A stretch of DNA of 64,000 nt from the human T2T-CHM13v2.0 reference genome, Homo sapiens (GCF_009914755.1 NC_060926.1), one strand, 5' to 3'. Numbered from the stretch's first letter, positions 12,664-25,660 are shown. Numbers and translations are program-made. Notes: generated from the sequence alone by a model not told the origin.

Positions 12664-12774
12664 CTGGATCCCAGTTGAGAAAGTTTAATGGTTTGTGGTC
12701 TGACCATTCCCAGCCTCTAGCAGAGTATAGCTGATTTAAACCAATCCAGAAAATCTTAGCAATGCCTTCTTTTT
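12664..12774 (-). CDS. LY75: LY75 coding exon 5 (CTLD1): (E)KEGIAKIFWIGLNQLYSARGWEWSDHKPLNFLNWDP
   Basis: ttacag|AA acceptor, CCAG|gtaact donor, 111 nt, phase 1 to 1; WIGL motif. Confidence 0.97.
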
Positions 12775-13454
12775 CTGTAAGAATTAAAAAATTTTTAAAA
12801 AGTGACAAAGTTGCCTAAGTTATTATCTAAATTAGACTTATTCTACTAATAACAAACAAATCTGCAGACCTTGATTGTAAGGCAGCAATCCCTGTAGAGG
12901 GCTGTTTATGCATCAAAGGTAGGCAATGCTAATAGACAAAAATCTTCAGACTATTGAGAAACCCAAAGGCTGATAAGTTAATTCAGTTCTGCTCTCCTAT
13001 TAGCTTGTCAAATTCCCTTTCATCTAAGGTAAGGACAGAAGCTTCTTAGAGTAGCTGTCTCACTATCTATTTTTAATCCTCTTTTATTAATATAGAAGAC
13101 TTATCAAAAGCAGTTTCCATTGTACTTCTAGATTCAGAAGATCTGACTGTATTCTAGACTGACAATTTAAATTCATTAGGCACACATATTATTTGTCAGG
13201 TTCTAGGGATGTAAAAACTGAAATGACAAAGTCCTTGCCCTCATGAGAATTTCAATCTAGTAGAAGGAGACAGACATGGATCCCCATATGATCAAGTTTT
13301 TCTGGGACTGGGTCAGAAATATGTATAGGAGCTGTTTCATAGACAATGGAATATATATATATATTATATATAATATAACATATATATATGTGGCTTATGG
13401 CTCTAGGGCCCAAAGGGTCCTGTTTAGACTAGAGATACAGAATGAGAGTGAGAG

Positions 13455-13456
<2 letters not shown>

Positions 13457-13498
<42 letters not shown>
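13457..13498. repeat. (CA)n microsatellite, about 21 units
   Basis: Perfect CA run seen directly. Confidence 0.97.
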
Positions 13499-13501
<3 letters not shown>

Positions 13502-13573
13502 GTACAGTGGAGATAGATCATTCAAATTTGTTATTTGATGACCAGATGCTATCAGCAATTAAGAAAGATAGAA

Positions 13574-13845
<272 letters not shown>

Positions 13846-14482
13846 AGAAAGATAGAAAGCAGAGTTTTAGAGGTTAAAACACAGTTTTCTTGGGTCTTGG
13901 GAAACCAATAGTCATAATTAGGCGTATTGATATGCCTAAGAAGCTTTCACACTGGAAGAGGAACTTGAAACATTAGAAACAGATATACTTCTAAAATTAA
14001 TGATATGTATTAAATACGGGGCATGTCCGGCCAGGAGTAGGGTACAATAAGGTCCTTTACCATATTACATTACTTTCATGAGTTATTAAAGAAAACTGAT
14101 GCATAAAGAATCGTGCAACATTTGATTGTCACACTTTGGCACTTTTCTCCTTCACTGAAGTCATCGGTTTCCAAATGTCAATATTCTAGGAAACTTGAAT
14201 TTATCGGCACTTTTCATTCGCAACAATATTTTTTCTGAGGCTTCAGTGAGGTCTGGAATAGAACTCCAATGCCAAACACTAGCTCATTTGGCTTATTTGG
14301 CAGATTTTCATTCTAAAGATCTGAATATTCAAGTGCCAAACAATACAGGAAAAGGGTAAAGCTACAAGTAAGAAAGGAGGTCTGAATAAAGCTGTAAACA
14401 AAAAGAGCGACAAAAGACCTGTGGCCTTTTAATGATAAAAAGAGATAAAGATATCTAAGAGGGGTACGTAGTATAACAAAAA

Positions 14483-14640
14483 AGCTGGGCATGATCCTGT
14501 GCTCCTGTAGTCCTAGCTACTTGGAAGACTGAGGTGGGAAGATCGCTTGAGCCCAAGAGTTGAGGCTATAGTGTGCTCTGATCACACCTGTGAATATCCA
14601 CTGCACACTAGCCTGGGCAACATATTGAGACCCTCTTTCA
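14483..14640 (+). mobile_element. FAM-like fossil Alu monomer
   Basis: Single monomer retaining the 7SL-type CCTGTGAATA(T)CCACTGCAC segment. Confidence 0.75.
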
Positions 14641-15039
14641 CATAAATAGAGTTCTGCAATTCTATATGTTGATATTCAAATCCCAATCTGATACTTCTTA
14701 GCTGTATGCTGTTGGGTATATTATTTCTAAGGATCAATTTCCTTATCTAGTGATAAAACATTTGTTTGATGAGGTTGTAGTAATGATTAATGGATTTATC
14801 TGGAGAAAGTAGGGCTTGCTTACAGTAAGCATTTATCAAATATTTCCAGTTATTATAAAATAGTGTGACAGAATGCATCTGAATTACTTAGACAATACAT
14901 GTTTGCTTAATATATAGCAATAAAGCTTACAGCTTTGTGCAAAAGTGAAAAACAACCCATGAGACCCATTTCTGCCTGCAAAGAACTTACAGTCTTATAA
15001 AAGGTGAATCCATTTATATGTGTGATACAATTTGTTTTC

Positions 15040-15232
15040 AAGTCAAACTGACTCTTCAAATTTAGGCTCTGCTAAATACTTGTGGGTGACTTTGGACAAG
15101 TTATGTTTCCTCTCTGAGCCTCGCATTCCTCATCTGCAAAATGAGGATAACAATAACGTCCACCTCATAAGGTAGTTAGATGGGATGAAAGGAGATAATG
15201 TATAAAAAGCATTTAGTAGTCTGTCTGGCACA
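15040..15232 (+). mobile_element. MIR SINE
   Basis: MIR core GTGACTTTGGACAAGTTA...CTCTGAGCCTC..TTCCTCATCTGCAAAATGAGGATAA. Confidence 0.8.
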
Positions 15233-15480
15233 TCATCATTATCATATATTACAATTATTTGTCTTTCATTCAAAGAATAACTCATCAGGGACTCAGTAAC
15301 TTAGGTTCCTTGATTTTTAAATATAATATTAAAATTTGTTTATATAGTTTCTTTTGAAAGATATACAAGACTATGGAAAGAGTTATAGAATTTTACTGAG
15401 TACATAAAAGAAGTCCTAAATAAATAGAAAAGCATATCATTTTCATGGTTGAGAAGACAATATTGAAACTGCAATACCTT

Positions 15481-15778
15481 TTATTTATTTATTTTTTAAG
15501 ACAAGGTCTTCCTCTATCACTCAGTCTGGAGTGCAGTGATGCCATCATAGCTCTCTGCAGCTTCAATCTCCCAGGCTCAAGCAATCCTTCTACCTCAGTC
15601 TCCAGAGCAGCTGGGACTACAGGCACATGCCAACAGCCAATTAAAAAAAAATTTTTTTTTTTGTAGAGACGTGGTCTCACTTTGCCCAGGCTGGTTTCAA
15701 ACCCCTGGCTTCAAGTAATCCTCCTGCCTTTACCTTTTAAAGTGCTGGCATTGCAGGTGTGAGCCACCGCACCCGGCC
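15481..15778 (-). mobile_element. AluJ-type element within an old L1 fragment (~15360-15880)
   Basis: Reverse-complement Alu with J-type CCCAGGCTCAAGCAATCC; flanks resemble degraded L1 ORF2. Confidence 0.88.
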
Positions 15779-16463
15779 AATTCCTCTTTAATGAATCTAT
15801 GATTCAATACAATTCCAATCAAAGTTCCAATAGGGTTTGTTATTGAAATTAACAAGGTGATACTTAAATTCTTATGATAGGATAAATGGTCTTTTAAAGT
15901 TTTTATTTATTCTTATCTATTAAGTTTTCATAATTAAAAATTAAAAAATTACCACTACCATCCCCCAAACAAAACAAAACAAAGTCCTACCCATTCTGTG
16001 TCCATGTTATTAAATCCACTTTAAGATTTAGTAAAACACTCCTTGCCCCTGAGGACTGTACCCTTTCACTCAATGTAAGGATGTTTACTGAGGCCATCTA
16101 GTGTAACTTAACCATCTTCCTTCCCTTCCTTTAATTCTCTATTTTTCAATGTTCAAAGAGTTTAATTATTCGCTTTTTGAAAATCCTTTCATTTAGGATT
16201 AGGGTAGCAGTTTAATCTTGCTACCCAACCTTGTTTTCTGAACATCAATCTCTCTTTAGTTTCCATCACAAGATACATTTCTCAATGGTGAAATATGATT
16301 ACATTCAGTACTTTTTTGCTTATGGGTTTCAGTGTAGAAGTTTAAATCCCAAGAGAGGTCAGAAAAGTTACATACAAAGAAACACATCTGGATATGAAAA
16401 CAGAAGAAGAAGTACCTTTACAATTTTAGCCAATTTGCTCTATCACATGCAAATAAAATCTAC

Positions 16464-16628
16464 CTTTAAGGTAAGTTAATTCAGCAGCACTGTTGATGCT
16501 CAGTAAATCAGCTCCTTGATTCTGACATGAAACATAAGCTTCTTTCCAAGAAAGAGCCGTCTGAGTATTAAATTGGTAGCAACTTCCAAACTGCTCGTTC
16601 TTTTCCCAATTATCTTCACAACCGTTTT
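16464..16628 (-). CDS. LY75: LY75 coding exon 4 (CTLD1 start): (E)NGCEDNWEKNEQFGSCYQFNTQTALSWKEAYVSC...ELTYLK
   Basis: caacag|AA acceptor, AAAG|gtagat donor, 165 nt, phase 1 to 1. Confidence 0.97.
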
Positions 16629-18297
16629 CTGTTGATAAAGACACGTTAGTGATCATAAAGTAAGGACATAATGTTTTCTATTACTTAGAATGCTTAGAAA
16701 TACTGCAAGTCAATTTGCATACTCTTAGGATATGCCCAAAGGGAGACTGCCATCACTCATTTAGACCATATTTTGATCACAATAAAATTGGAATCATGAC
16801 ACACCAAATGACTCAGGCTGGTTGAAGCTTCCACTCTTTCTTATTTTCCATTCTCCTTTTATCCCTATCAATTACAATGCTGTGTTTTCGCCCATGTCCC
16901 TGACTGCCCTCTGCCTGAGATATGGGTCTCAGTGTGCACATGTTGTGAACACTGAGCTAATGGAAAACAAGCTCATTTGAACATAGTGGCAGATGACAGA
17001 GGGTTTGCCCACAGCCTGCATAAAAACCACTGTATGTTTATGTGTGTGCACAGACATGCTGCTTAAATGGCCAAGATATTGAGCCCAAGTGACTACCTTA
17101 TTTGGGAAACTATGTCCAAATTTCTCCTTAATACTTTAATAAAGAATATATGATATGTAATTCACATTACATATGCATTATATATGTATTTGTGTGTATA
17201 TATGTGCATAGAAACATATATACATATGTGTTTGTAGAGTATGCATAATTTCAGACAAAGAAACTGCAAGCTGTTTCCTGAATGAGAAATAAAAATTTCA
17301 AAACAACTGGTTCAAAATATATTCAGAGCCTCCTGTGTACTCCCCACAAGAGGGGAAGTCCAATGCAGGCTGTGTCAAGTGCATCCCAGGCTCCAACTGG
17401 GGGACTTTCCAAAAGGCCTCCTATAGCCAGTTACATATCAGATGTTATACTCATGATCCTATAAGCTGGAAGGGCCTTTAGAGATCATCTTGTCTAATGT
17501 CCTTATTTCACAGACAGGAACAAAGACCTAGAGGTGACTGTGACAGAGCTATAATGAGGGCACTGGTCTTGTTGATCCTCTGATGGCACATCCTGCTGCT
17601 TCAGCCATTTTTCTATAGCATAAATAGCAACAGAGATTCTGACATTTGATAAAAACAAAATAGGGTGGATTTGAAAGCACATTGTCTAAAGGTTCATTAT
17701 TACCACTGAGGCCCTACACTTGTAAATCCAGAAGCTTCCAGGAGTGGGATGGCAGTGTGTTTGCTATACAACATGACCTCCATGATTTAGCAGCCCTCAG
17801 GTTTGAGAAACTTTCTCTTGCTTCTTCCATAAAAAGTAACTCTAGGAAGCATATGCATGCATTAACACCACTGTATGTGTCACACCCCCAAAGCCCCAGC
17901 ACACACACAACACCCACAGGAGGCTAAAGGCACCAAGATACATTCCTGTCAAGGCAGCAAGGTACAGTGGGGGTAAATATGTACAGTGGGGAAGGAGGAT
18001 AAAGAATCCTTCACTAGTGTCCACAAAAATGTGGTCTGACCCTGACAGGTCATTTCACTGATCTGGGCCTTCTGCCTCTCACCTGAGAAACAGGGGTTTA
18101 CATTGGATTACCTCTAAGCAAACTTTCACATCTAAATTTCTGATCCAAATGATAAGGAGAGTTAAATGAAGTTGATACCTGGCTGACCAAACTCTGCTTA
18201 TTATCAATTATAGCTGAAGAAAATACTGGCTTTTTCTATTTTAGTAGGTAGGTTACAGGTGTTGAGAAGCCTGGGCCTCTAATTAGATATGTAATCC

Positions 18298-18450
18298 TCC
18301 AAGTGTGGTTCCCAGACCAGCATTATCAGCACTACCTGGAAACTTGCCAAATTTGGGGGGCCCACCAAAAATCTACTGAATCAGAATCTCTGGGCCCTAG
18401 ATATCTGTGTTCTAACAAACTCTCCATGTGATTCTGTTGCACCCTGAAAT
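18298..18450. mobile_element. MER5A-like fragment
   Basis: AAGTGTGGTTCCCAGACCAGCA...TACTGAATCAGAATCTCTGG...AACAAACTCTCCATGTGATTCTG. Confidence 0.7.
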
Positions 18451-18571
18451 CTTAAGTCTTAACCCAGTATAATCTCTCCAAGCTCTCCAAGAGCTTCTGC
18501 ATTCTGAAGCTCACATTCCCGAAGGAGGGATCAGCATTACTAATACCACCTGGCTAGCTACTCAATGAGTC

Positions 18572-18828
18572 AGCCTAGTGTAGCTGTTTGGGACAAGGAC
18601 TTCATAGCCAGACTTCCTGGGTTTGAATTCTAGTTCTGATATTTATTAGCTGTGTGATCTTAGGCAAGTTACATATCTCCCTTGTGCCTCACTGTGATCA
18701 TCTGTAAAATGGGGATAAAGTATGGTACCTTTCAGGGTTGCTGTGAGGACTGAATGAGTTAATGTATATTGAGAGCCTGAAACAGTATCTGACACCTGGC
18801 AGAGCCCTGTTAAGTATTAACTATTATT
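18572..18828 (+). mobile_element. MIR SINE, near full length
   Basis: CTGGGTTTGAATTCTAGTTCTG...GCTGTGTGATCTTAGGCAAGTTAC...CATCTGTAAAATGGGGATAA...CTATTATT. Confidence 0.85.
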
Positions 18829-19285
18829 ACTTAGGTCTGGAGCTCTTTCCTTTCTCTTTGCTATAGATTCTTTCAACCTATTGTCCATTAAGTAATATTT
18901 TGTGAGTACCTATCACATGTCAGGTACCGTGATCCCCTGTAACTCTCACCTAATTGGTGAGAAACTGTGTCTCAGTTATGTGCCAGATAATGATGTGATT
19001 GCTACTTTGGTCTCTCTCTGTCTTTCTAAAGAACAGCAAATTCTTTAGCAAATCCTGAACAGTTTGCTTCTGGTAAAAAGTAACGAGAAAAAGCACTCTG
19101 ACAAACACACAGGAATGGTGGAAGGAACAGTGTCACCAATTTTGAGCCAGGAAGATCTATCTCTTCTCTTTCCCGCTCTTTGCTTCAGGCCATAAACATA
19201 CTTAAGATTTCACCATTCTAAAAGTGTTTTTCAACTGATCTCTTTCTTAAACTACCCTTTGCTTTTTTAAATAAAAAAAAGCCAC

Positions 19286-19757
19286 TGTTTTGGACTAAGC
19301 TCCTGATCTAGGACTCAAAAATCAAAATGGAGTCACCCATGCCAAAGTTCCACATCACCAAACTGAAACAGATTGTCATCTGGTCTTTTGAGAAATCAGG
19401 AGAGAGAGACAACTGCCTAATTTCCCCAACAGGCCAGTTTCAATCTTTAATTGGACTGATAATGAAGTTCCCTCTGTTTCAATGCTTAACCTGAAGTCAC
19501 CTGATGTTGACCAATCAATTATTTCTCTATTGCTCTTACAAGGAAAGTTACGTTGAAATGACCAATCCACTCTTCGGTTTCTGTTTTTGCTTTCTTCAGC
19601 CCTTTTTCTGTCTACAAAGCCAATCCCCTCTGTTCAACGAACTGGAACACTTACAGTAGTCTATTTTATGAAATGAGGTGTTGCCTGATTCTAGAATTGC
19701 AATAAAGCCAAATAAGATTGTAACTACATAAATTTGTTGCAATTTTGTCCTTTGCCA
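19286..19757 (+). mobile_element. ERV1-class solo LTR (LTR54/MER57-like; subfamily uncertain)
   Basis: TG...CA ends, ~470 bp, CAAAATGGAGTCAC motif, two CCAAT boxes, AATAAA near the 3' end. Confidence 0.7.
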
Positions 19758-20164
19758 ACTGTCTCTTCTTCTGCTCCGTGAAACTTACGAGGCTTACTTC
19801 CTTCTGTTCATGCTTCATTCCACTACAATCCAGCTTCTACCCCCTCTAGTCTTCTGAAACTACTAAAGGTCAGCAGCAATTTCCTAATTGTGCATGCCTT
19901 TTCCACACTTCCTCTCCCTGGGGTGCTATGGAACACTCCCTCCTCCTCCTCCATGACACCATCCGCCTTGGTTCACTTCCGGGCCTGCTTCTGAAGGCAA
20001 ATTCATGGCTACACATTACCTCTCTCTTCTCCTCCAAACATACACTTCTTATCCGGGATAATATTTTTGCAGTCACTTTTGAGTCACTTTGAACTCTTCC
20101 TTCTCCCTATTGCCTCATATAAATGTACTACCTTTCCACATAAAATTTACCAGCCCATACATAC

Positions 20165-20335
20165 CAGGCTTTAAGCAGATGCCCCACTTTCGGTCATATT
20201 CATAATTTAAGGTGGTGGCACACCATGGCCCACTATGATCTTCATCAAGAATGCAATCATGATGCCAGGTCCCATCAATTAAGAATGGAAATTCACAAGG
20301 TCTCCCATAAGAGTTCCCATCTCTGGTATAGATCT
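20165..20335 (-). CDS. LY75: LY75 coding exon 3 (fibronectin type II domain): (E)IYTRDGNSYGRPCEFPFLIDGTWHHDC...WCATT...WGICLKP
   Basis: cccag|AG acceptor, CCTG|gtatgt donor, 171 nt, phase 1 to 1; FNII signature C-x-FPF...WCATT...WG-x-C. Confidence 0.97.
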
Positions 20336-23269
20336 CTGGGTTGGAGAGGAAGTTGGGGAAAAGAGAGTTAAAAACTGGGTAGTCAGCGTCAGGTGGCTAA
20401 TTTCTAAAACTGTTTTTAAAAGAAACGTTGTTTAGAATACAATATCCGAGTGTAGGAATTCAGAGCATGGGTGCTGTCAGGTCTGGATATGAATGCTGGC
20501 TCCCTGCTAACCCACTGTTTGCCTGTGGGCTAGCTATCCAACCTCTAGTAGCCTCTGTTTCTGCTTTTGCAAACTGGGGATAGCGTTCAGTGATCAACCA
20601 TGTGAAGCTTCACTTACTGTGGTGTGATGAGGCGCTGAAAGAGCCTGGCTTGATCAGGTGAGGGTCTACTAACTCTGCTGTGGGCCGCAGAGCACTTCAC
20701 CAGAAAGGGTGCCCTGGCTGAGGTTACATTTACCTCTATTTTCTTTTCTTTAGAAAGTGTTGGAGCCAGAAAAATTCCTTGGAACCACTGAGGGTGGGTG
20801 TGGACTTTGGAACCACCTGCGGCATTAGAAAGATGGACAAATAGTCCCATTGTTCAGAGACTGGAGGTAGAATTGAGACTGTGGTTTTTGAGGAAGTAAA
20901 AGGAAGAGCTGCTGAATTTCTGAGCAGATTCTTGGGAAGGTACAAGGCATGGTAATTTGGGGTGTGAAAGAAGCAGCAGCTTCAATGGGGCAGTCATGTG
21001 ACCGGCGGGGGGCCAGTGAGGTAGTAGACATAGCTTTTACTTCAATCATTTTCCCTGGTACATGGGGAGGAACTGAAAAGTGATTCCAACCTCAAATATG
21101 CCTGGAAATGCTGGAAAGAATGTTTGATACTTATATCAATACTAATTCTCTTGGAAAGGTGTTTTTATAGAACAGCTATCCCTGTATCCCTGTCACAATT
21201 TGCCAAAACCTCGGTCCACAATTTGCTAAAAACCTCAGTCATTAACAGATCAAATAATGGCCATTAGGTAAATCATAGTAATCAGATCTTATCACCGTTT
21301 ACCAGGCAATTAGGGTTCCTCCAAATGTCTCACAGATTTGCTTAAAAGTGTGCTTAAGACAGTATTTGATTCTACTTTCTTTTCCTCCAGTGTCCGTCTA
21401 ACTAAAGTGTGAGGCCATTTAACAGCTTAGAATGTAATAAGCAGACCTATAGCAAAAGGTAATAATAATCTGGATGCTTTTCTTGGCAAATAGTCTTTTA
21501 AAGATCACTGGTTTTGTTTTGCTGTGTCATAGAAACAGTTTTCAAAAGGGTACTTCTGTTAAAGAGTGTGTTGACCTTATATTTTATAAGGATTCTGCTT
21601 ATTACCTATGTTTCAGTTTAACCGCATCAAAACCCCCCAATAGCTCATGACCAGTTTCTTTTCCCATATTACAAACCTAAGAGGACAGTCCCTGAACACA
21701 AAGACTGTTCCTTGTAGAGCCATCAGTTTTCTTTTCTAAAACCTTTGATTTTTGGAATACAAAGTGCCTTGGTATACATTTCTGTCATTTGTTCTTTATC
21801 ATAAACCTGTGAGATCATAGGGGAGGTATTATACTTGTCTGGGAAATCCCCATTTTTGCAGAGTAGTCAAGTGATACATTCAGGCACTCAGCTGCAAGTG
21901 ACAGGAATGAGAATGGGCTCTCTCTGATTAGACTCTTGACCTATAAGGACAACTTGTGACATCAGCGGGTGCCTTCTCAAGTTTCAAGTTAAATTTCATA
22001 GCTCAAAGCTGGGCTTCAATTAATAAGCTCTCTAAGTCACAATATATGCTTTGAAGAATGATAAGCATACAACCACCACACCAGAAGCAGCTAAATTACG
22101 CTAACTATTCACTAAGCATTTTGTTCCCACACATTCTTTGCTGATGCTGGCCTCTTACACACCATGGGCTTCCTTAGCAAGACAGACTTTCCTGGGAAGA
22201 ATCTTCTCTGAATGTGCAAATTTATGATGATAGCATCCTTAAAACAACAGCTTTATTATGCAATAGTTACAAATTTGTGAGATGAGGTGATTATGCAGAA
22301 AACTAGCAAATTAATGTCATCAGTAACATGAGACAAAATAGTTTCAATGGATAAAGAGGTTGTTGGCAGGCTTCTAAGAGTTGCCCAGAATTCTGATAGT
22401 TCTGCAGCCACCCTGCCACAAAAAGTCCATTTCCTCTGCGTGATTCACCAAACATTCAAAATTTGAAAAGTGCTAGTGAGATCAAGGTATCTTAATGATA
22501 TTAATGTACACCTGGGTGCTAGTCAAAAGCAGTTCACTCATAAAATTTATACAACTTCAGTTTTCTCTGAGATGAACACGACTCACACAGGATAGGAGTT
22601 GGGGTGAGAGGCAACCCAAGGCACAGTGATAAATTAATGTTCTTGTATCACAAGTGAAAACTTGGTTTATACTGCTAAAGCCAAGGGGGAAAGAAAGAAG
22701 CTATGTTTGGGGAATGGAATACTGGTTTTAAGCCCTAGCTTTGCTGTAACAAACCAGGTAACCTTGGATTTCACTTTGTTGGGACTTGGGTATCTTGTAT
22801 GTTTTGTTTATATACTGCTAGATAAGAAGGTGGGGACAACAATCAGTATCGAGAGTCTGAGAGCGGAGTCCTAGAGAAAGTCCCTAACTTAAGACAGCAG
22901 TCCCTAACCTAAGAACAAGAAGGGATATACATAAATTGAAAAGGGTAGAATTGCCAGGACTTCATATTTGATTATATTGGAGTGGTGGAAGAGGCGAGCC
23001 TGAAACCTCTCAGGTGACTTGCTGATTTCTGACATGTAGAACTTAGATGGTACCAGTCACCCAGACAGAAACAGAGAAGAGGTGGCAAGTTTGGCCCTGG
23101 TTTCTGTGCAAATTAAAACTTGAGGTATGCCTTGACTAGTCACAACTATATATGCTTTAAAAAAAGCTTTAGTGTTTCAAATATTATATTTGAAAAGGTC
23201 AAGAAACACTTCATGCCTTTGGGTTATGCTGGTGGCATTGCTTAGCTCTCTCTGGGTGGTCCCCTGGGT

Positions 23270-23420
23270 AGATCCTTAACCTTTTTTGTGCTACTGATCT
23301 CTTTGGCAGCTGGGTGAAATCCACAGTCCCTGTCTCAGAAGAACATTAGAAATGCATACATAAAATACATAGGATAAAAAGGAAAACCAGTTATATTGAA
23401 ATGAAGACACTGGGGACTGA
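23270..23420 (+). mobile_element. hAT-Charlie DNA transposon fragment
   Basis: CTTAACCTTTTTTGTGC...CTTTGGCAG...AAATGCATA..TAAAATACATAGGAT...TTATATTGAAAT resembles a Charlie-family end. Confidence 0.55.
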
Positions 23421-24361
23421 GGGAGTTTAAGATTACAACTATGCCCCTCAAAAGAATTAGATCAGGAGACTAAAAGAACCCTGCCAAGAAAATTATCCTT
23501 TCTGATCCCTGGACAAATACAATGAAACAAGTTAAATCCAATTAAAAGGCATTTTGTTTGGCTCTGTGTTTCCTCTTAGTTGGCAAGTTGGAGAAGGGCT
23601 TTTGTGGCACAGAATTTAAATTTGCCATTAAGTCATATCCAAAAAGCAACTGCTTTACTTTTAGGAGGAAACTGGCTCGCAGAAACAGACTGTCAACTAT
23701 TCAAAGGCCAGGGAATGATGAAAAGGAAAACCCTATCTCTAATTCTCTAATATTTCTCCACAACAGAACTTGACATTCTCAGAATAATTCCTGCATCCTC
23801 ACTAGGAAATAGAAAGCTAGAAAGAAAAACTTGTGCAGATGGATAATGGAAAGTATGGGAGCAAGCTGCTATCCTGACTTTGAGGCCAAATTTAGCTTAA
23901 ATGATCTTTAAGAGAAGAAGAAAGCCACTGTAAAGCTAGGGAAATTTGTAAAGAAAGGCAAGGGGAAATAATAGGACTTAGAGGACATAATTATATGCAT
24001 ATCGACATTTGGTGTAATTTAGAGCAACATAATGAAAAATATTTGCTTGGGAGATAGCTAATTACATTTAATGGTTAAAAAAATAAATCTACTCATTCTT
24101 TAACTTAGAAATTAGTTGCAATCCAGTCCCTAGACTCAGGGCTAAGTCCATGGTCCGCTCCCCGCAAGGCAATATTAATATACTTATTTTCGGAAGCAAC
24201 TGAAAAACTCCACTCTTAAAATGCTGAATCATAAATATAAACATCAAAATTTGGTTGCCATGCAAAAATGAAAATAAATAAGAAAATCCACTCAAAATTT
24301 TCCCATTTTATTCAAAATCCGTAGGCAAGAAAAAATATATTTTTCCTCCTTCTCCTTCTTT

Positions 24362-24531
24362 TCTTTTTTAAGGATGGGTGTCTCACTATGTTGCCCAGGC
24401 TGAAGTGCAGTGGCTATTCACAGGCGTGATCATTACACACTACAGCCTTGAACTCCTGTGTGCTCAAGTGATCCTGCTGCCTCAGTCTCTCGAGAAGCTG
24501 GGACCGCAACCATGCACCACTACGCCTGACC
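24362..24531 (-). mobile_element. FAM-like fossil Alu monomer
   Basis: GTGCAGTGGCTATTCACAGGCGTGATC is the reverse complement of the 7SL-derived segment typical of FAM. Confidence 0.8.
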
Positions 24532-24939
24532 TTTCTTCTTCTTTTAAAACTTAGAATAAGATCAACATTATTAGATCATTTGACTTTTAGCCTGTACAAA
24601 TCTAATGATTCCTTTCCTCTAGGGTTTCCTTTCCTCTAGGGTTTAGAAGACCATCATAAGAAGTACATATCTATCTGATGAAATCCCAGGTTTATCACAA
24701 CATGGCTGTGTGACCTCAGACAAGGCACTTTATCTCTCTTAGCCTTACCTGCAAAGTAGAGGCAAATACCATGGACTTGTAAGAATGTCGCTCAAAGTAA
24801 CTGCACAGTGCCTGGAAGTGAAGAGCTTACTCACTGCCCTTACTAATGTACGACTCTATTTTTACTAAATTGTGCATGTTTAATGCCACATGTGACAAGC
24901 ACAACAGCAAATCGGTCAAAGTCCCTCTCTAATACTCAC

Positions 24940-25311
24940 CATGATAAGGCTGGTCACAAAGGCTTTCCTCTGAGCCTCCTTTCTTCCAGACATCAGATGC
25001 ATTTGAGATTGCTGTGCCATGTCCATCCTTCAGAGCCAGCCGGTACCGGGCAGCTCCGTACAGAGAGTGGTGCTCACATTTCCACCACAGCATGGCACTG
25101 GAGTCACAGCTGAACATTCTCAGCTCATTTACCGATTTGGTAATATCGAGGCCAAGGCACTTTTGGGAGTGCAAATGAAAGAGCCGATGCTGGGACACCC
25201 ACTTCCATAACTTGTCCTCAGTTTCATCACAGTCGTCTGCTACTATCCAGCCATACACTGGCTTGATGCACTTGCCCGTATTTCCATGGACGATGGTGAA
25301 GGGGTCATTAG
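24940..25311 (-). CDS. LY75: LY75 coding exon 2 (cysteine-rich ricin-B-type domain): (A)NDPFTIVHGNTGKCIKPVYGWIVADDC...SLCDQPYH
   Basis: gactcag|CT acceptor, CATG|gtgagt donor, 372 nt, phase 1 to 1. Confidence 0.97.
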
Positions 25312-25477
25312 CTGAGTCAAATGGACAGACAGATTGTAGATTATGTGGTTGAAGCGCCTTGCTCCCTGCCTGCTGAGGAGAGTCTGAGCACTACTGGACT
25401 GTTCCCATCCTCAGTCTGTTCCCACTCTTTTTAAGCTGCAGGGGACTACAAAAGGTGGGACAGTGGTGAGCAGAGAG

Positions 25478-25660
25478 GCAGTGCAGTGTGTAGGGTCAGA
25501 ACACGGGCTCTGGAGCCAGTCCGCCTGGGTCCATATTTTGCTCCTGCTACTTGTTAGCCATAGGATCAGGGCAAATCATTTAACCTCTGTGCTCCAGTTT
25601 TCATATGATGGTTGTGAGCATGAAAGGAGCTAATCCATGTAAAGCGTGTAGAGTAGCATG
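25478..25660 (+). mobile_element. MIR SINE
   Basis: GGCTCTGGAGCCAG..GCCTGGGT...GGGCAAATCATTTAACCTCTGTGCTCCAGTTT. Confidence 0.7.

Noticed and set aside
16468-16476. Strong plus-strand splice donor AAG|GTAAGT overlapping exon 4
   Set aside because: Explained by the reverse complement of codons T-Y-L; no matching antisense exon structure was found.
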